Assembly (NCBI RefSeq): GCF_035084215.1
Contig: NC_090370.1
Location: 25,358,001 to 25,422,000 of the forward strand
Source of the DNA: Heptranchias perlo
Taxonomy: Eukaryota
Reading direction: 5' to 3'
DNA: 64,000 nt
Below, in pieces: positions 28,757 to 42,754 of the stretch. The position numbers and the translations under genes were made by a program. The notes beneath the pieces are model-generated. The model did not search any database and was not told the DNA's origin. It was given only the letters and a program-made list of their open reading frames with translations. Each line of letters starts with the position of its first letter. Position 1 is the first letter of the stretch.

Positions 28757-29199
28757 TCTATAACTAGTCAACCCGCCTGCTTCCATTTCAGTCCCAGACC
28801 CGATTCTATCTCCCACACATTCCCTCCCAGACGGATTCAGCAGTTTACAAACACATTATTCCAGCTGATTTGGAGAATCTCATGTGTTGGGGTTTGAATT
28901 GTGATCGCGGCGGATCTCCGCCAGTTTTCCCCTGTCACGGACCCTGGCCCTGAATCTGTGAGAAAAAGAATGAACTGGGACTGGAGATGAACACGCCCCC
29001 AGTTACAGTGAGACCCGGCCCGGGTATCCCATTCTCTCTATTTTATATCAGACAGTGGGAGTGGGGCGGGGGTAGGGAATGTCAGCGAGTCACCAGGACC
29101 CTGGGTTTATTGTAAATGAGTTCAATCTGAAATCTGAGCCCGGCCCCGGGACAGGAATCATCTGATTCCGGGATCAGCTCTTTTCTGAGAGACGTGGGT

Positions 29200-29215
29200 G
29201 GCTCTGAGAAGAGCC
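29200..29215 (-). terminator. Histone 3' stem-loop (H1)
   Basis: Reverse complement GGCTCTTCTCAGAGCC-ACCCA; HDE gaaaagagctg. Confidence 0.95.
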
Positions 29216-29251
29216 GTTGGGTTCAGATGTTCACAAGTTGCACTTGATTTT

Positions 29252-29863
29252 TTACTTCTTTTTGCCTGCTGCTTTCTTCGGCTTGGGCTTGGCGCTCGGT
29301 TTTTGTACCTTCTTCGCCTTCGCCTTTACTGGCTTGGGGGTCTTGGGCTTCTTCACAGCCGCTTTCTTCTTAATTGGTGATTTCGCCGCCTTCTTTGTGG
29401 TCGATTTCTTGACAGCTGTTTTCTTGACCGCTGGTTTCTTGGCCGTTAATTTCCTTGCCGCTGGTTTCTTGGCCGCTGGTTTCTTTCCGGGAGATTTCTT
29501 GGTTCCTTGTTTCTTCACCTTCTTTCCCACTTTTTCCTGGGCTTCCTTCTTAGCGACTCTGAAGGAGCCCGAGGCGCCCGTGCCCTTGATCTGCACCAGG
29601 GAGCCTTTTTCCACATTTCTCTTGATACTTAATTTGATCTGGGACCGGAGCTTCTCCACATCCAGGCCTTTGGTAGCCAGAACCTTCTTTATCGCGGCCA
29701 GGGATATCCCCTTGCGATCCTTGCAATCCGCCACAATCTTGAGGATCTGTTCGCCCAATTTGGGACCGGCTGTCTTGGGTCGGTGAACCGCCTTCTTCTT
29801 CTTCGGAGCATTGGTTTGAGCGGCGGCGGGAGGTGCGGTTTCGGCGGCTGCAGTATCTGTCAT
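29252..29863 (-). CDS. H1: Histone H1 (203 aa)
   Basis: [13 protein letters not shown]..., globular domain [11 protein letters not shown]...[20 protein letters not shown]-rich tail with SPxK motifs. Confidence 0.97.
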   Translation of the reverse strand: MTDTAAAETAPPAAAQTNAPKKKKAVHRPKTAGPKLGEQILKIVADCKDRKGISLAAIKKVLATKGLDVEKLRSQIKLSIKRNVEKGSLVQIKGTGASGSFRVAKKEAQEKVGKKVKKQGTKKSPGKKPAAKKPAARKLTAKKPAVKKTAVKKSTTKKAAKSPIKKKAAVKKPKTPKPVKAKAKKVQKPSAKPKPKKAAGKKK

Positions 29864-29939
29864 GTCCGGGACTCTGAAGAAAATCTCTCTGACAGTCAGA
29901 GCTGGGTCAGAAATGAAACAAGAGGCGGCGGCACAGAGC

Positions 29940-30370
29940 AACTTAAAGGCCCAGAGCGGAGGGGGCGGAGACACCCTGCTGTCAGCTCCCGGCACCTCCA
30001 GCCTCTCTGTGTTTCTCTCTCCTCTTAAACTACCCGATTCTAATTATAATCCGGCACTCCAGAGTCCCAGACTCGCCCCTTCCCATCTCCAACACCGGAA
30101 TGTTTGCTGTCGAAAAACTTTCACCGGAATTAAAAGCACCAGTTTCGATTTAAACCCGTTTCATTGCTGCACTGATCGCGCTCTCTCACCCGATCGCTGA
30201 CAGGATTTCTGTTTTTCGGCTGAAATCTTGAATTGAACTAAAACCGGACCTTAAATGTTCACTTCGGGTCTCGGCAGGGGAGGAGGGCGATCCTTTGACA
30301 GGGATTTTTTTTTAATTTTACTCAAAAGGGACTCGGACATCCGGCGATGAGACCGGCCACACAAACACAG
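29940..30370 (-). promoter_or_regulatory. H1 promoter: TATA-like box, GC box, AC box and upstream TG box
   Basis: TTTAAG near 29943, ggggcgg near 29962, AAACACA (minus) at 30008-30014, TGTGTTT (minus) at 30363-30369. Confidence 0.7.
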
Positions 30371-32019
30371 TGGCATTAATGTAACTTGCCCGCCCATTTC
30401 ACACACTCTCTCTGACACAATGTTCACATCTGTACATTCACAGGACAAACTGTTCTCCACATTGACAATTCCCGGGACAAGCTTTCCTCCCCGCTCGGCC
30501 TGTGCTGCGGATTCTCGGGGGTTGGTTGTAGTTTCCCAGCTCAGTAACTGTTAAACACTCTGAGGCCGGCGCTCCTCACAGTCTCTGGTCTCCAGATTCA
30601 GGGACAGGAGCCAATCACAGCTCTGGCTGTGATAATCCATATCTGCTTTTACATTATTGTATTGTTCACACACAGAAATATGTTCGGTTAAGTTGAAAAT
30701 TCAAATTATCCGCTCTGGGCTCCTCCAGTCTCTCTGTGTTTCCTTCTCCTGCTAAACTGACTGACAGGCAATAGTAACTGGCGTCCGATCCATCCCATTC
30801 TCCACACCCAGAGACGGCTGGTTACTGAATAAATTCAACACTCACAGACAGTCCGGAGTCAGACTGTTACAGGCTGTTTCTCGCCACCTTTACTTTTCGG
30901 CGGATAAATGCACCGTCAGACCGGCTCATATACAGTAGAAGGGAGAGTAATCGTCTCACCAACAGCACACAGACACAGAATCAGTCTCTCACATTCCATC
31001 AGTGGGTCTATATTACGCTCAGTAACAGTGTCCCGCATTCATGTGCAGAACTAAAGCGAGAGAGAGAGAGAGACGGAGCGGCTGATAAACAGAGACACAG
31101 TCAGACAGACGCAGAATCAGTCTCACACATCCCATCAATGTGTCCGTTTCACGCTCAGTAAACATTATCGCAGCTTCATGTACAGCGCTCGAGAGAGAGA
31201 GATACAGACAGGCACAGTATCAGTCTCACACTTCCCACCAGTGTGTCTGTATCATGCTCAATAACAGTATCGCACCTCCATATAAAGTACAAGAGAGACA
31301 GAGAAACTGAGCTCTCATGAGCGGTTTTCACCCAGTACCAAGTAGGGAATCATTCCATTCCAATTGCTATTCCAAGGTTGAATGAAAGAAGATGCAGTCT
31401 CATCTGTAACTGATCTTATTCCAGAGACAGACACGTTATTAATCCCACTCTCAGGGATAGTGTCACACATTTAATCCTCTCTTGCATATTGTACTGTCTG
31501 CAATCTTGCAGCAGAGGGCCGTTCAGTATTACTCTCAGTGACCGAGAGTTTCACTCCGATTGAAATAAACTGGGACTGTGGCCGTCAGATATTCATCCTG
31601 CACAGTCCCAGCAAATACACCGAGTCCCACTTTCCTCCCATGTTTCTCCAGGATTGGTTTGAGAAATCCTCCCTCCAGTTTCGGGTTCACGCGTTACTTT
31701 ATCAGTCAAGGAACCCAGAATGAACAGAACACATTGGCTCATTCCACAGCCGTGCACGTTATCTCTGATAGACCCTTTACCATCAAAAGATACCGAGAGA
31801 AACAGCAGGGATGGAAACATCTAGTTTTACAGTTGGAGATTGTAAAGTCAGTCTGGATTCCAGCGTTCGGCACTGGTGGAATCCCATCTGTTTTCAATTC
31901 TGGTGCCTGTTCCTGCACTGCCTGTGGACCCCATTCCCTCTGACCTTTCCCCCACTTCCTTTGCTCAGACTCTGAAAAATTCCAATTGGGAAAAATTTCC
32001 ACCGATTTTTGTATTGGGA

Positions 32020-32365
32020 ATTAAACCAGATATCTGCGCATGCGTGATTCAGCGCCGCCCCCAGCGCTGCTTGCTGGTGAGCAGAAGAGCGCATGCGCGC
32101 TCCCCTCCCCCGAGCTCGGCCTGTGGGCGCCATTCCCTCAGTGAGCGGAAGAAGATGGTTAAAAACAGCCGGGAATGGAGAGATCACGGCCCCCGGGGGA
32201 AGGGAGCAAAGAGCAGCCTCGTTACAGCAGCTCATCGCTTCGGGACCGTGTCCGCAGATGGGCTCAGAGATCGGCATTGAGTCCGGGGGAAGGTCAGGGG
32301 GAGTCCGGGGGCTGTTTGTAAGAGGCGGAGTGGATCAGGAACTGGTCCCGGAACATGGAGTGAGC
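32020..32365 (+). promoter_or_regulatory. CpG-rich promoter and putative first exon, module copy B
   Basis: Near-identical to 17300-17646; NRF1 motif at 32035; donor GA|GTGAG at 32359/32360. Confidence 0.6.
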
Positions 32366-33289
32366 GGGGGAAGGGAGAGGGCATTCTCGGGCTGTGTGTG
32401 TACAGGTTGTGTCCAGGGGAAGGGAGACTGAATGGGAAGAACCTGCTATTAAAAATCATTGCTGCTTTCTCTCCCCAAACCAGTAGTGAATTGTTCCTGG
32501 TTTAGTTTCAGTCTCACCCTGTTTATTGTGATTGGACAGTGAACAGTGGAAACAGAGCCGGACAGTAAGGGTGTGGGGAGTGTAACAAAGAGCATCAATT
32601 GCAGGCACCAGGTGAGAAGTGTGAAGGACACGATTTAAAAAGAGGCTGTTTGGTTTCGGTTGAACGGTTAGTCCCATTGGAGATGGGATTAGAAACCTGA
32701 CCGGTGCAAAGGTCCCTGCCACATCGGGTCGTCCCATTCATGGATCAGTGCAGGGGTTGGGTTGTGTTTGGATGTCACTAAATTGTTTTAAAATCGCCCA
32801 ACACACCTGGTATACAGAAGCTGAGTGCTGCAGTACTGCAGTGGAGTCAGACACTGACACTCTTTGTATCACTGGTTTTCACTTGTGGATATTCAAAATG
32901 ATCATTAACAGATATTAAATTGATCACTTTTGTATTTTCTACCTCACCTGTTCCTGAGTAACAAGATATAATTTTCTTTCTACAGGCAAATCCTTGAAGG
33001 ACCCAGAATAAATGTGATGTTTCCTCCACCCGAGGCAGAAGGAACAGTGCGGCCAGCTCCTTCTCACAAACAGTAGGTACATTATCACACACACAGACAC
33101 AGACAGGTCATCAGTTTAATCGTCTCAGACAGCCGAAGTGGTCAGTCCCACACTGATCCCAAGTTCCAGAGACACATTTTCAATCCAACAATCAAACAGA
33201 GCAGGTGAGGCAGACGCTGTTTCCATTTCCCCCGAACTCAGTCCCGCTGACAGGTGGATGCAAAAATCCCAGTTCAAAATCACGCTTTC

Positions 33290-35339
33290 AGATTGAAAGG
33301 CACTGTGTCAATCTCACAATAGGGCAACATTAGCTCCGAATTAAATACCAGATAGAAATCACACATGGTACCCGATTCAAAGGTACAGAATGAACCCCAA
33401 TAATGTCCCTCGAGATTCCAATTGAATACTCGCCCTGAACTCTCACATGTGAGTTTAATACATGCAGTATCGATTCAAATAGTGTTATCATGAGAGACAA
33501 ACTGCAGGCAAGTCCAAAACTCATGTACAGTATCAGATTGAGAAATGCTGTGACAGTGTAACCTGAGAAACAGATTAGAAACCAGTTTATAATACACTCA
33601 TTGTATGAGATGTAAAGATCGAGTATCAATTCTATTAGTGCAGACTGAGATATACATTACATACCAGTTCAAAAATCTCATACAATATTAGATTGAAAGG
33701 CACAGTATCGATTACAATAGTACAGACTGAGCTGCACATTATATATCAATTCAAAAATCAGTATCAGTTTGAAATATACATTATCATTCACAATATTACA
33801 CAGAGATATAGATTTAATAGTAGTCCAAAAAGCACACAAATTATCTGATTAAAAACCTCCAGCACCAAATCCTAATGTTTATTCATATTTACCAATTAAA
33901 TAATGAGAAAAGCTATTTAAACATGAAGATGTTAAAGCTACAGTATTGTATGCCATAATATAATCTGAGAGAATAATTATCGAATCATAGAAGTTTACAA
34001 CATGGAAACAGGCCCTTCGGCCCAACATGTCCATGTCGCCCAGTTTATACCACTAAGCTAGTCCCAATTGCCTGCACTTGGCCCATATCCCTCAATACCC
34101 ATCTTTCCTATGGACTTCTATAAGATCACCCCTTAACCTCCTACTCTCCAGGGAAAAAAGTCCCCGTCTGTCTAACCTCTCCCAAAAAGTCAAACCATCA
34201 ATTCCCGGTAGCATCCGAGTAAATCTTTTCTGCACTCTTTCTAGTTTAATAATATCCTTTCTATAATAGGGTGACCAGAACTGTACACAGTATTCCAAGT
34301 GTGGCCTTACTAATGTCTTGTACAACTTCAACAAGACATCCCAACTCCTGTCTTCAATGTTCTGACAAATGAAACCAAGCATGCCGAATGCCTTCTTCAC
34401 CACCCTATCCACCTGTGACTCCACTTTCAAGGAGCTATGAACCTGTACTCCTAGATCTCTTTGTTCTATAACTCTCCCCAACGCCCTACCATTAACGGAG
34501 TAGGTCCTGGCCCGATTCGATCTACCAAAATGTATCACCTCACATTTATCTAAATTGAACTCCATCTGCCATTCATCGGCCCACTTGCCCAATTTATCAA
34601 GGTCCCGTTGCAATCCTAGATAACCTTCTTCACTGTCCACAATGCCACCAATCTTGGTGTCATCTGCAAACTTACTAACCATTCCTCCTAAATTCTCATC
34701 CAAATCATTAATATCAATAACAAATAACAGCGGACCCAGCACCGATCCCTGAGGCACACCGCTGGTCACAGGCCTCCAGTTTGAAAAACAACCCTCTACA
34801 ACCACCCTCTGTCATCTGTCGTCAAGCCAATTTTGTATCCAATTGGCTACCTCACCTTGGATCCCGTGAGATTTAACCTTATGTAACAACCTACCATGCG
34901 GTACCTTGTCAAAGGCTTTCCTAAAGTCCATGTAGACCACGTCGACTGCACAGCCCTCATCTATCTTCTTGGTTACCCCTTCAAAAAACTCAATCAAATT
35001 CGTGAGACATGATTTTCCTCTCACAAAACCATGCTGACTGTTCCTAATCAGTCCCTGCCTCTCCAAATGCCTGTAGATCCTGTCTCTGAGAATACCCTCG
35101 AACAACTTACCCACTGCAGATGTCAGGCAGATAGATAGATACAGAATGAATTATAGACAGATACAGAATGAATCTCACACTCTCATAATGTACCAGATAC
35201 TGGCAGATAAATGTACCAGATACTGGCAGATAAAGTATGAATCTCACACTCACACATTACTAGAGACTGAGAGAGACAGACTGAATCGCAAACTTAGAGT
35301 TTGAGAAACTGCACATATATAATGAATTCAACACACACA

Positions 35340-35373
<34 letters not shown>

Positions 35374-38300
35374 ATATTAGAGACTGTACAAAAAGACGGA
35401 AAACCACACTCACACACAGTACCAGAGACCTACAGATACAGAATGAATCTCTCTATCATATAGAGTACCAGATTACTGATTCAATCCCACACGAAATGTA
35501 TGAGAAATTGCATATTTATGAGAAATTGCATATTTAAAACTAATTCAACACCCACATACAATACTGGAAACTGACAGACACAGAATAAATCGCAAACAAC
35601 ATCACGGACTGAGAGATACAAAATGAATCTCGCAGTCACCTCCATTTGTGCAGGCTGAGTTACAAATTACGTACCAGTCCAAAAATCTCAGTGTCAGATT
35701 GAAAGATACAGTATCAATTCCATTAGTGCAGATTGAGCTACATATTATAAAACACTACCAAAAAAATCTGATACAGATTCAGACTGAAATATACAGTATT
35801 CCATTCATGCAGACTGACCTACTCATTAGAAACAAGTTCAAAAATGCCACCATATCAGTTTGGAAGATGCACTAAATCACAGTTGTGTTCACATCGATGC
35901 AGATTTAAGAGTAGCCCAAAAAGTGCACTCATTCTCTGATTATAACCTACAGCATCACATTTTAAAGTATATGATTATCTACCACTTAAATACTGGGAAA
36001 AATTATTTATACATTTAGGTATGAAAGATACAGTTTTGAACGCCATATTCTGAACTGAGATACAAATTAGATACAGATAAAGAATGAATCTCATACTCAG
36101 ATCCAGTGCCAGAGACTGACATATAGAATGATTCTCACACTCACACAATGTACCAGTGATTGATAGATACAGAACAAATCCCGCACTCTCATACAGTAGC
36201 ACAGACTGACAGATACAGAATTTATATCACTCATAGACAGTATCAGAGATTGATGGAAACAGAATGAATGTCTCAATCACATACAGCATCAGAGACTGAC
36301 AGATATGGAATGAATCCCAAATTCACTCACAGTGCCAGAGACTGACAGGAACAGAGAGAATCACAAGTACCACAGTCAGACAGATACAGAATGAATCACA
36401 AAGTACCACAGTCAGACAGATACAGAATGAATCACAAAGTACCACAGTCAGACAGATACAGATTGAATCTCACTTGCAGACAGTACCAGGGACTGACCGA
36501 AATAGAATGAATCCCACACTCACACACAGTACCACAGGTTGACAGATACAGAATGAATCTCACAGTCACATTATTGCAGACTGAGTTACACATAACAAGC
36601 CAGTCCAAAAATCTTAGTGTCATATCGAAAGATAATGTTTGAAATTGATTAGTGCAGACTGAGCAAAACGTTACATAGCAGTCGAACAATTTCATACCAT
36701 ATCAGACTCAAAGATACAACATCAATTCCATTAGCATGCACTGAGCTATATGTTACACACCAGTCCAAAAATCTCATACAGTATCAGACTGAGATACAGA
36801 ATTAATTCCATTATTATAGACTGAGTTACACATTATATTCCAGTCCAATAATTTCACCGTGAACAGATTGAAAGGTACATTGTCATTCACAATAAAGTTC
36901 AGAGATTAAGATATAACACTACTCCAAAACTCTCACACATTGTTTGATTGAAGAAAATCCATAAGTGTATCAATATTTACAAATTAAACACTCGACAAAA
37001 AAGCATGTACTTTAAAGTATTAAAGATATAGTTTCAAATACAATAATGTAAACTGAAATAAGAATACAGAGTGAATCCAGACTTGCACATTGCCTCAGAG
37101 ACTGAATTGCAGAAATAATCCCACACTGAGATAAAGTAGCAGAGAATGGCTGATACAGAATGAATTCCACACTCACAGCCAGAACCAGAGAATGACAGAT
37201 ACAGAATGAATCCCATACTCACAGAAGGTACCAGAGAATGTCAGTTACAGAATTAGTCCCACACTCATACATAGTATCAGAGACTGACAGATACAGAATA
37301 AAACCCACACTCATATACAGTATCAGAGAGTGACAAATACAGAATAAACCCCACACTCGCACACAGCACCGGAGACAGACAGATTCAGAATAAAGCCCAC
37401 ACTGGCTTACAGTACCAGAGAGTGAAAGATACAGAATAAACCCCACAAACATGTACAGTACGAGAGACTGACAGGCACAGAATGAATCCCACACTCACAC
37501 ACAGTACCAGAGACAGACAGATACAGAATAAACCCCACATTCATATACAGTACCAGAGACAGGGAGATACAGAATAAACCCCACACGCACACACAGTACC
37601 AGAGACAGATAGATACAGAATAAATCCCACATTCGCATAGAGTACCCGAGACTGACAGATACAGAATAAACCCCACACACATTTATAGTATCAGAGACTG
37701 ACAGGCACAGAATAAACCTCACACTCGCATGCAGTACCAGAGACTGTCAGATACAGAATAAACCCCACATTCATATACAGCACCAGAGACTGACAGATAC
37801 AGAATAAATCCCACACTCATGTAAAGTACCAGAGACAGACAAATACAGAATAAACCCCACGCTCATATACAGTACAAGAGACAGGAGATACAGAATAAAT
37901 CCCACAATCACACACAGCACCAGAGACAGACAGATACAGTATAAACCCCACACTTATCTTCAGTACCAGAGACTGACAGGCACAGAATGAATCCCACACT
38001 CACACACAGTACCAGAGACTGACAGATACAGAATGAATCCCACACTCACACACAGTACCAGAGACTGACAGATACAGAGTAAACCCCACACTCACACACA
38101 GTACCAGAGGCAGACAGATACAGAGTACACCCCACAATCATGTTAAGTGCCAGAGACAGACAGATACAGAATAAACCCCAAACTCATGTACAGTATCAGA
38201 GACAGACAGATACATTATAAAACCCACACTCACACACAGTAAAAGAGACAGACAGATACAGAATAAATCCCACACTCACACACAGTAAAAGAGACAGACA

Positions 38301-38760
38301 GATACAGAATAAATCCCACACTCATGTACAGTACCAGATAACAACAAATACAGAATAAACCCCAAACTCGTGTACAGTATTGGAGACAGACAGATACTGA
38401 ATAAACCCCACGCTCATGTACAGTATCGGAGACAGACAGATACAGAATAAACCCCAAACTCATGTACAGTATCGGAGACAGACAGATACAGAATAAACCG
38501 CAAACTCATGTACAGTATCGGAGACAGACAGATACTGAATAAACCGCAAACTCATGTACAGTATCGGAGACAGACAGATACAGAATAAACCCCAAACTCA
38601 TGTACAGTATCAGAGACAGACAGATACAGAATAAACCCCAAACTCATGTACAATATCAGAGACAGACAGACACAGAATAAACCCACACTCACTCACAGTA
38701 AAAGAGACAGACAGAGACAGAGTGAACCCCACTCTTATATCCAGTACCAGAGACTGGCCT
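33290..38760. repeat. Composite 82/46-bp satellite array, interrupted by CR1 and containing an (AC)n tract at about 35331-35370
   Basis: Same units as 18560-20490; long 46-bp run at about 37100-38760. Confidence 0.9.
33985..35128 (-). mobile_element. CR1 LINE 3' part (RT domain) with internal deletion
   Basis: SQHGFVRGKSCLTNLIEFF, SGVPQGSVLGPLLF, FADDTKIGG, LVRPHLEYCVQFWSP. Confidence 0.95.
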
Positions 38761-39544
38761 CTACTGGACGGAAGCGAGAACTGCAAAAGAGTGGAACAAA
38801 TTCACATTATCTGTCGTGGTGACAGAAACAGGACAATGTGCAATGTGAGGAAAGTCTCTGTCTGTAACTTCTACTCTCGTATTTTTGCACATTTTGATAG
38901 TGAAAAATGAGGACAATTTATTCATTAAAGTTTTGTTTTACTCATTCAATAGTTGTGAATTTTCCCCATTATATTTCACTGTACATTGCGCAGTATTTCT
39001 CACTGATTTCTCAGCTCGATTTACATTGCTCCTCTACCCCGTTTAGGCTCTTATTTTCCAAGCAGTATGCGGCCAACTTGTTCCCCTGGCAAAATGCACC
39101 AGCTCACACTTTCTATATTGAAATTCAGTGGTCATTAACACGGCCGTTCTGCAAACTTACTTTGTTGCAGTCTTCCTCAGTATTGACTTTTACCCCCGAA
39201 ATCAATTATAAGAATATAACACAGCATTACAACTAATGTTTGGTCTAACAAAATGTACTTGCAGCTCGTCTCCATTCCCAGTTTTTCTAAATCCCACTCG
39301 TGCAATATAATGTGAAGAATTAGTTTCTGTTCTGTCCCTCTCTCATCTGCAAACTTCACTGTCCCGGGGTTTGGGGACATCTACTGGCCGGAAGCAGAAC
39401 TGCAACAGTTCGGAACAAATTGCTGAAACCGGACAATGTGCAGTGTGAGCGTGTTTGTGATTGGTGGCAGGTACTAAATCTGATTGGATAGCTGAAGAAA
39501 TCAATCAGAGAGTGAAAGAAACAGGTGTGTCTTTGGGGATGTCT

Positions 39545-40400
39545 TACTGCTGTTATACAGGTCTTGGTGAGACCACATCTGGAGTATTGTGTGCAGTTTT
39601 GGTCTCCTTATCTGAGGAAGGATGTCCTTGCCATGGAGGGAGTGCAACGAAGGTTTACCAGACTGATTCCTGGGATGGCAGAACTGACGTATGAGGAGAG
39701 ATTGGGTCGACTCGGCCAGTATTCACTCGAGTTAAAAGAATGAGAGGTGATCTCTTCAAAACATATCAAATTCTAACAGGACTGGACAGACCAAATGCAG
39801 GGAGGATGTTCCCGATGGCTGGGGAGTCCAGAACCAGGGGTCAGAGTCTCAGGATACGGAGTATGCAATTTGGAACCGAGATGAGGAGAAAATTCTTCAC
39901 TCAGAGTGTGGTGAACCTGTGGAATTCTCTACCACAGAAGGCAGTGGAGGCCAAGTCATTAGATGTGTTCAAGAATGAGATGGATATATTTCATACTGCT
40001 AAAGGGATCAAGGGATATTAGAGCCAGACCTTTCAGGAGCGAGATTAGAAAACATTTCTCCACACAAAGGGTGGTAAAAGTTTGGAACTCTCTTCCGCAA
40101 ACGGCAATTGATACTAGCTCAATTGCTAAATTTAAATCTGAGATGGATAGCTTTATGGCAACCAAAGGTATTAAGGGATATGGGCCAAAGGCGAGTACAT
40201 GGAGTTAGAACACAGATCAGCCATGATCTTATCAAATGGCAGAGCAGGCAGGAGGGGCTGAATGGCCTACTCCTGTTCCTATGTTTTTATATGGGGAAAA
40301 AGCGGGAACAGGGTTCTGAGTTCGACGATCAGCCATGATCATTTTGAATGGCAGAGCAGACCCGAAGGCCGGAATGGCCGACTCTTACTCATATTTTCTA
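39545..40400 (+). mobile_element. Two nested CR1 3' fragments inserted in an H2B promoter
   Basis: LVRPHLEYCVQFWSPYLRKD..KGIKGY; a second CR1 tail (RPFRSEIRKHFSTQRVV) lies within the first. Confidence 0.9.
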
Positions 40401-40543
40401 TGTCACGTGGCATCACTCTCATCCGTCCAATCACAATCATTGCCTTCACCCATCCCTCATTAGCATAGGGCTGTGGGGCTGCCGATTTCATCCGAGCTCG
40501 GAGCGGATTTGTGTCATTTCTGGGTCAGAAATTGAGTTTGAAA

Positions 40544-40630
40544 ATGCCTGAGGACAAGAAAACAGCTCCCAAGAAAGGCACCAAGAAATCCTTCAGTAAA
40601 GCACCAGCCAACGGCGGCAAGAAGTCGTAA
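40544..40630 (+). pseudogene. Histone H2B 5' fragment (28-codon ORF, N-terminal tail only)
   Basis: MPEDKKTAPKKGTKKSFSKAPANGGKKS-stop, preceded by H2B promoter (CCAAT, ATTAGCAT) and 5' UTR matching 43130-43250. Confidence 0.88.
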
Positions 40631-41111
40631 CTGACACAGGAACAGAATAATTCCCTCGCTCACATCCAATAACAGACAAATGTGATTCACTGATTCAGTA
40701 ATCGCTGACACAATAATCAACACATCAGTCAGCTTCTGCTTTACAAATCTGGGTAAAATAATACAGAGCGTGCAAGTGTTGTCGGAGGATGAGACAGTAA
40801 ATATTATTGGGTGGAACACAACAGAATGCCTCTTGACGCCGATGATCAAACGTCCCAGGTATTTCTGTATCACACCCGCCCAGTTTAATGACAATTTTGA
40901 TATTTTGTCTCATTCACCACACAAACTGCAAATATCAATCTATTGGAGGTTGGCGACATCTGCTGTCCGGAAGCGAGTACTTCAACAGACCGATCTGGAT
41001 CATTTGTAATCAACAAGTTATTGTTAGTTCTCGAATCGGAATCAAGTCCTTATTAAATTGATCCCTGACTCTCTTCAGTCAGTAACCAGCCCTTTCATAG
41101 ATACAGTGGGT

Positions 41112-41127
41112 GGCTCTTAAAAGAGCC
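41112..41127 (-). terminator. Histone 3' stem-loop (H2A)
   Basis: Reverse complement GGCTCTTTTAAGAGCC-ACCCA. Confidence 0.95.
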
Positions 41128-41157
41128 TTTGGGTTATCAGATTAAATCTTGGCCGCT

Positions 41158-41664
<507 letters not shown>

Positions 41665-42424
41665 TCAATGGGCTGTTCGTTGAACCAATCAGAGAGCTGC
41701 TTTATTCACCAATCAATAGCCGGCAATGAGAAAAGGGCGGAAAATACCGAACTGAACAGTTTATGAAATTTGAAAAGCCCGCCAATATATTTCCAACACA
41801 AGAAGCGGATTTAGTAAATAATGTCGCGTAAAGACAAAGATTTAAAAATCTCTCTCCTTTTACTCTGTTATTCCACATTTCCCGTCACAACTTCCAGAAT
41901 CTTTTACAATCCGGTTAAAATCCGCCTTCATTCACCTTTCGCTTTCAATCGGGCGGGAATAAAGCCCCATTTTGTAACGGGACAGATTCCAGCTCAATCT
42001 TTGTAAAAGTAACAAACCACAGATTGTGGATTGATCCCTGTTCACAGGAGCTGCAGCGCGATCGAAACCGGAGCCGAGACTCCTGGTGTAAGAAGCCGAA
42101 CAGTGACAGAGTCTTTAGACTGTTCTGCACTCGGTGTGAACACCCTTTCGGGATTGCTGCTTTACAAAGGATTGCGGTTCTGAAAGTGATATTCCCGAAT
42201 AATGAGCAAACAAAGGTGACAAGGAGAAAGAAATGACTGAAGTGTAATCCACCGCCTTAAAACGGCTCTGATGGGGCAGATGCGGGGGAAGGGGCGGAAT
42301 ATGAGCGGGAATGAGAGGATCAAGGACACGTTTTTAGTTATTGGGACTGAATAAAAAAGCGATCCACTGATTATACTGGGCAGTGATTGAGAGAATCTTA
42401 CAGATTTCAAGAGAAATTTCAAAA

Positions 42425-42620
42425 GCACAAGAACATAGGAACAGGGAGTCGGCCATTCAGCCCCTCTTTCCTGCTCCGCCATTTGATAAGATCATGGCTG
42501 ATCTGTGATCTAACTCCATACACCTGCCATTGGCCCATATCCCTTCATACCTTTCGTTGCCAAAAAGCTATCTATCTGATTTAAATTTAGCATTTGAGCT
42601 GGTATCAATTGCCGTTAGAG
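42425..42620 (-). mobile_element. CR1 3' tail fragment
   Basis: aagaacataggaacagggagtcggccattcagccc...agatcatggctgatc. Confidence 0.7.
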
Positions 42621-42701
42621 AGAACGTTAGTGTCAAATTATCTACAGTAAAATGATTCCATACAGAGGTGTCGGTACAGCGTCTTCAGAGAGACTGTGGG
42701 C

Positions 42702-42717
42702 GGCTCTTAAAAGAGCC
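42702..42717 (-). terminator. Histone 3' stem-loop (H2B)
   Basis: Reverse complement GGCTCTTTTAAGAGCC, with 3' flank GCCCA instead of ACCCA. Confidence 0.9.
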
Positions 42718-42754
42718 TTTGTGTTTAAAATTTTTTTCAGTTAATTGTTGAGTT

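Noticed and set aside
37034-38463. Hydrophobic Cys-rich ORFs (MWDSFCICQS / VGFILYLSVSG) here and in the other arrays
   Set aside because: They are translations of the 46-bp satellite in shifting frames, not genes
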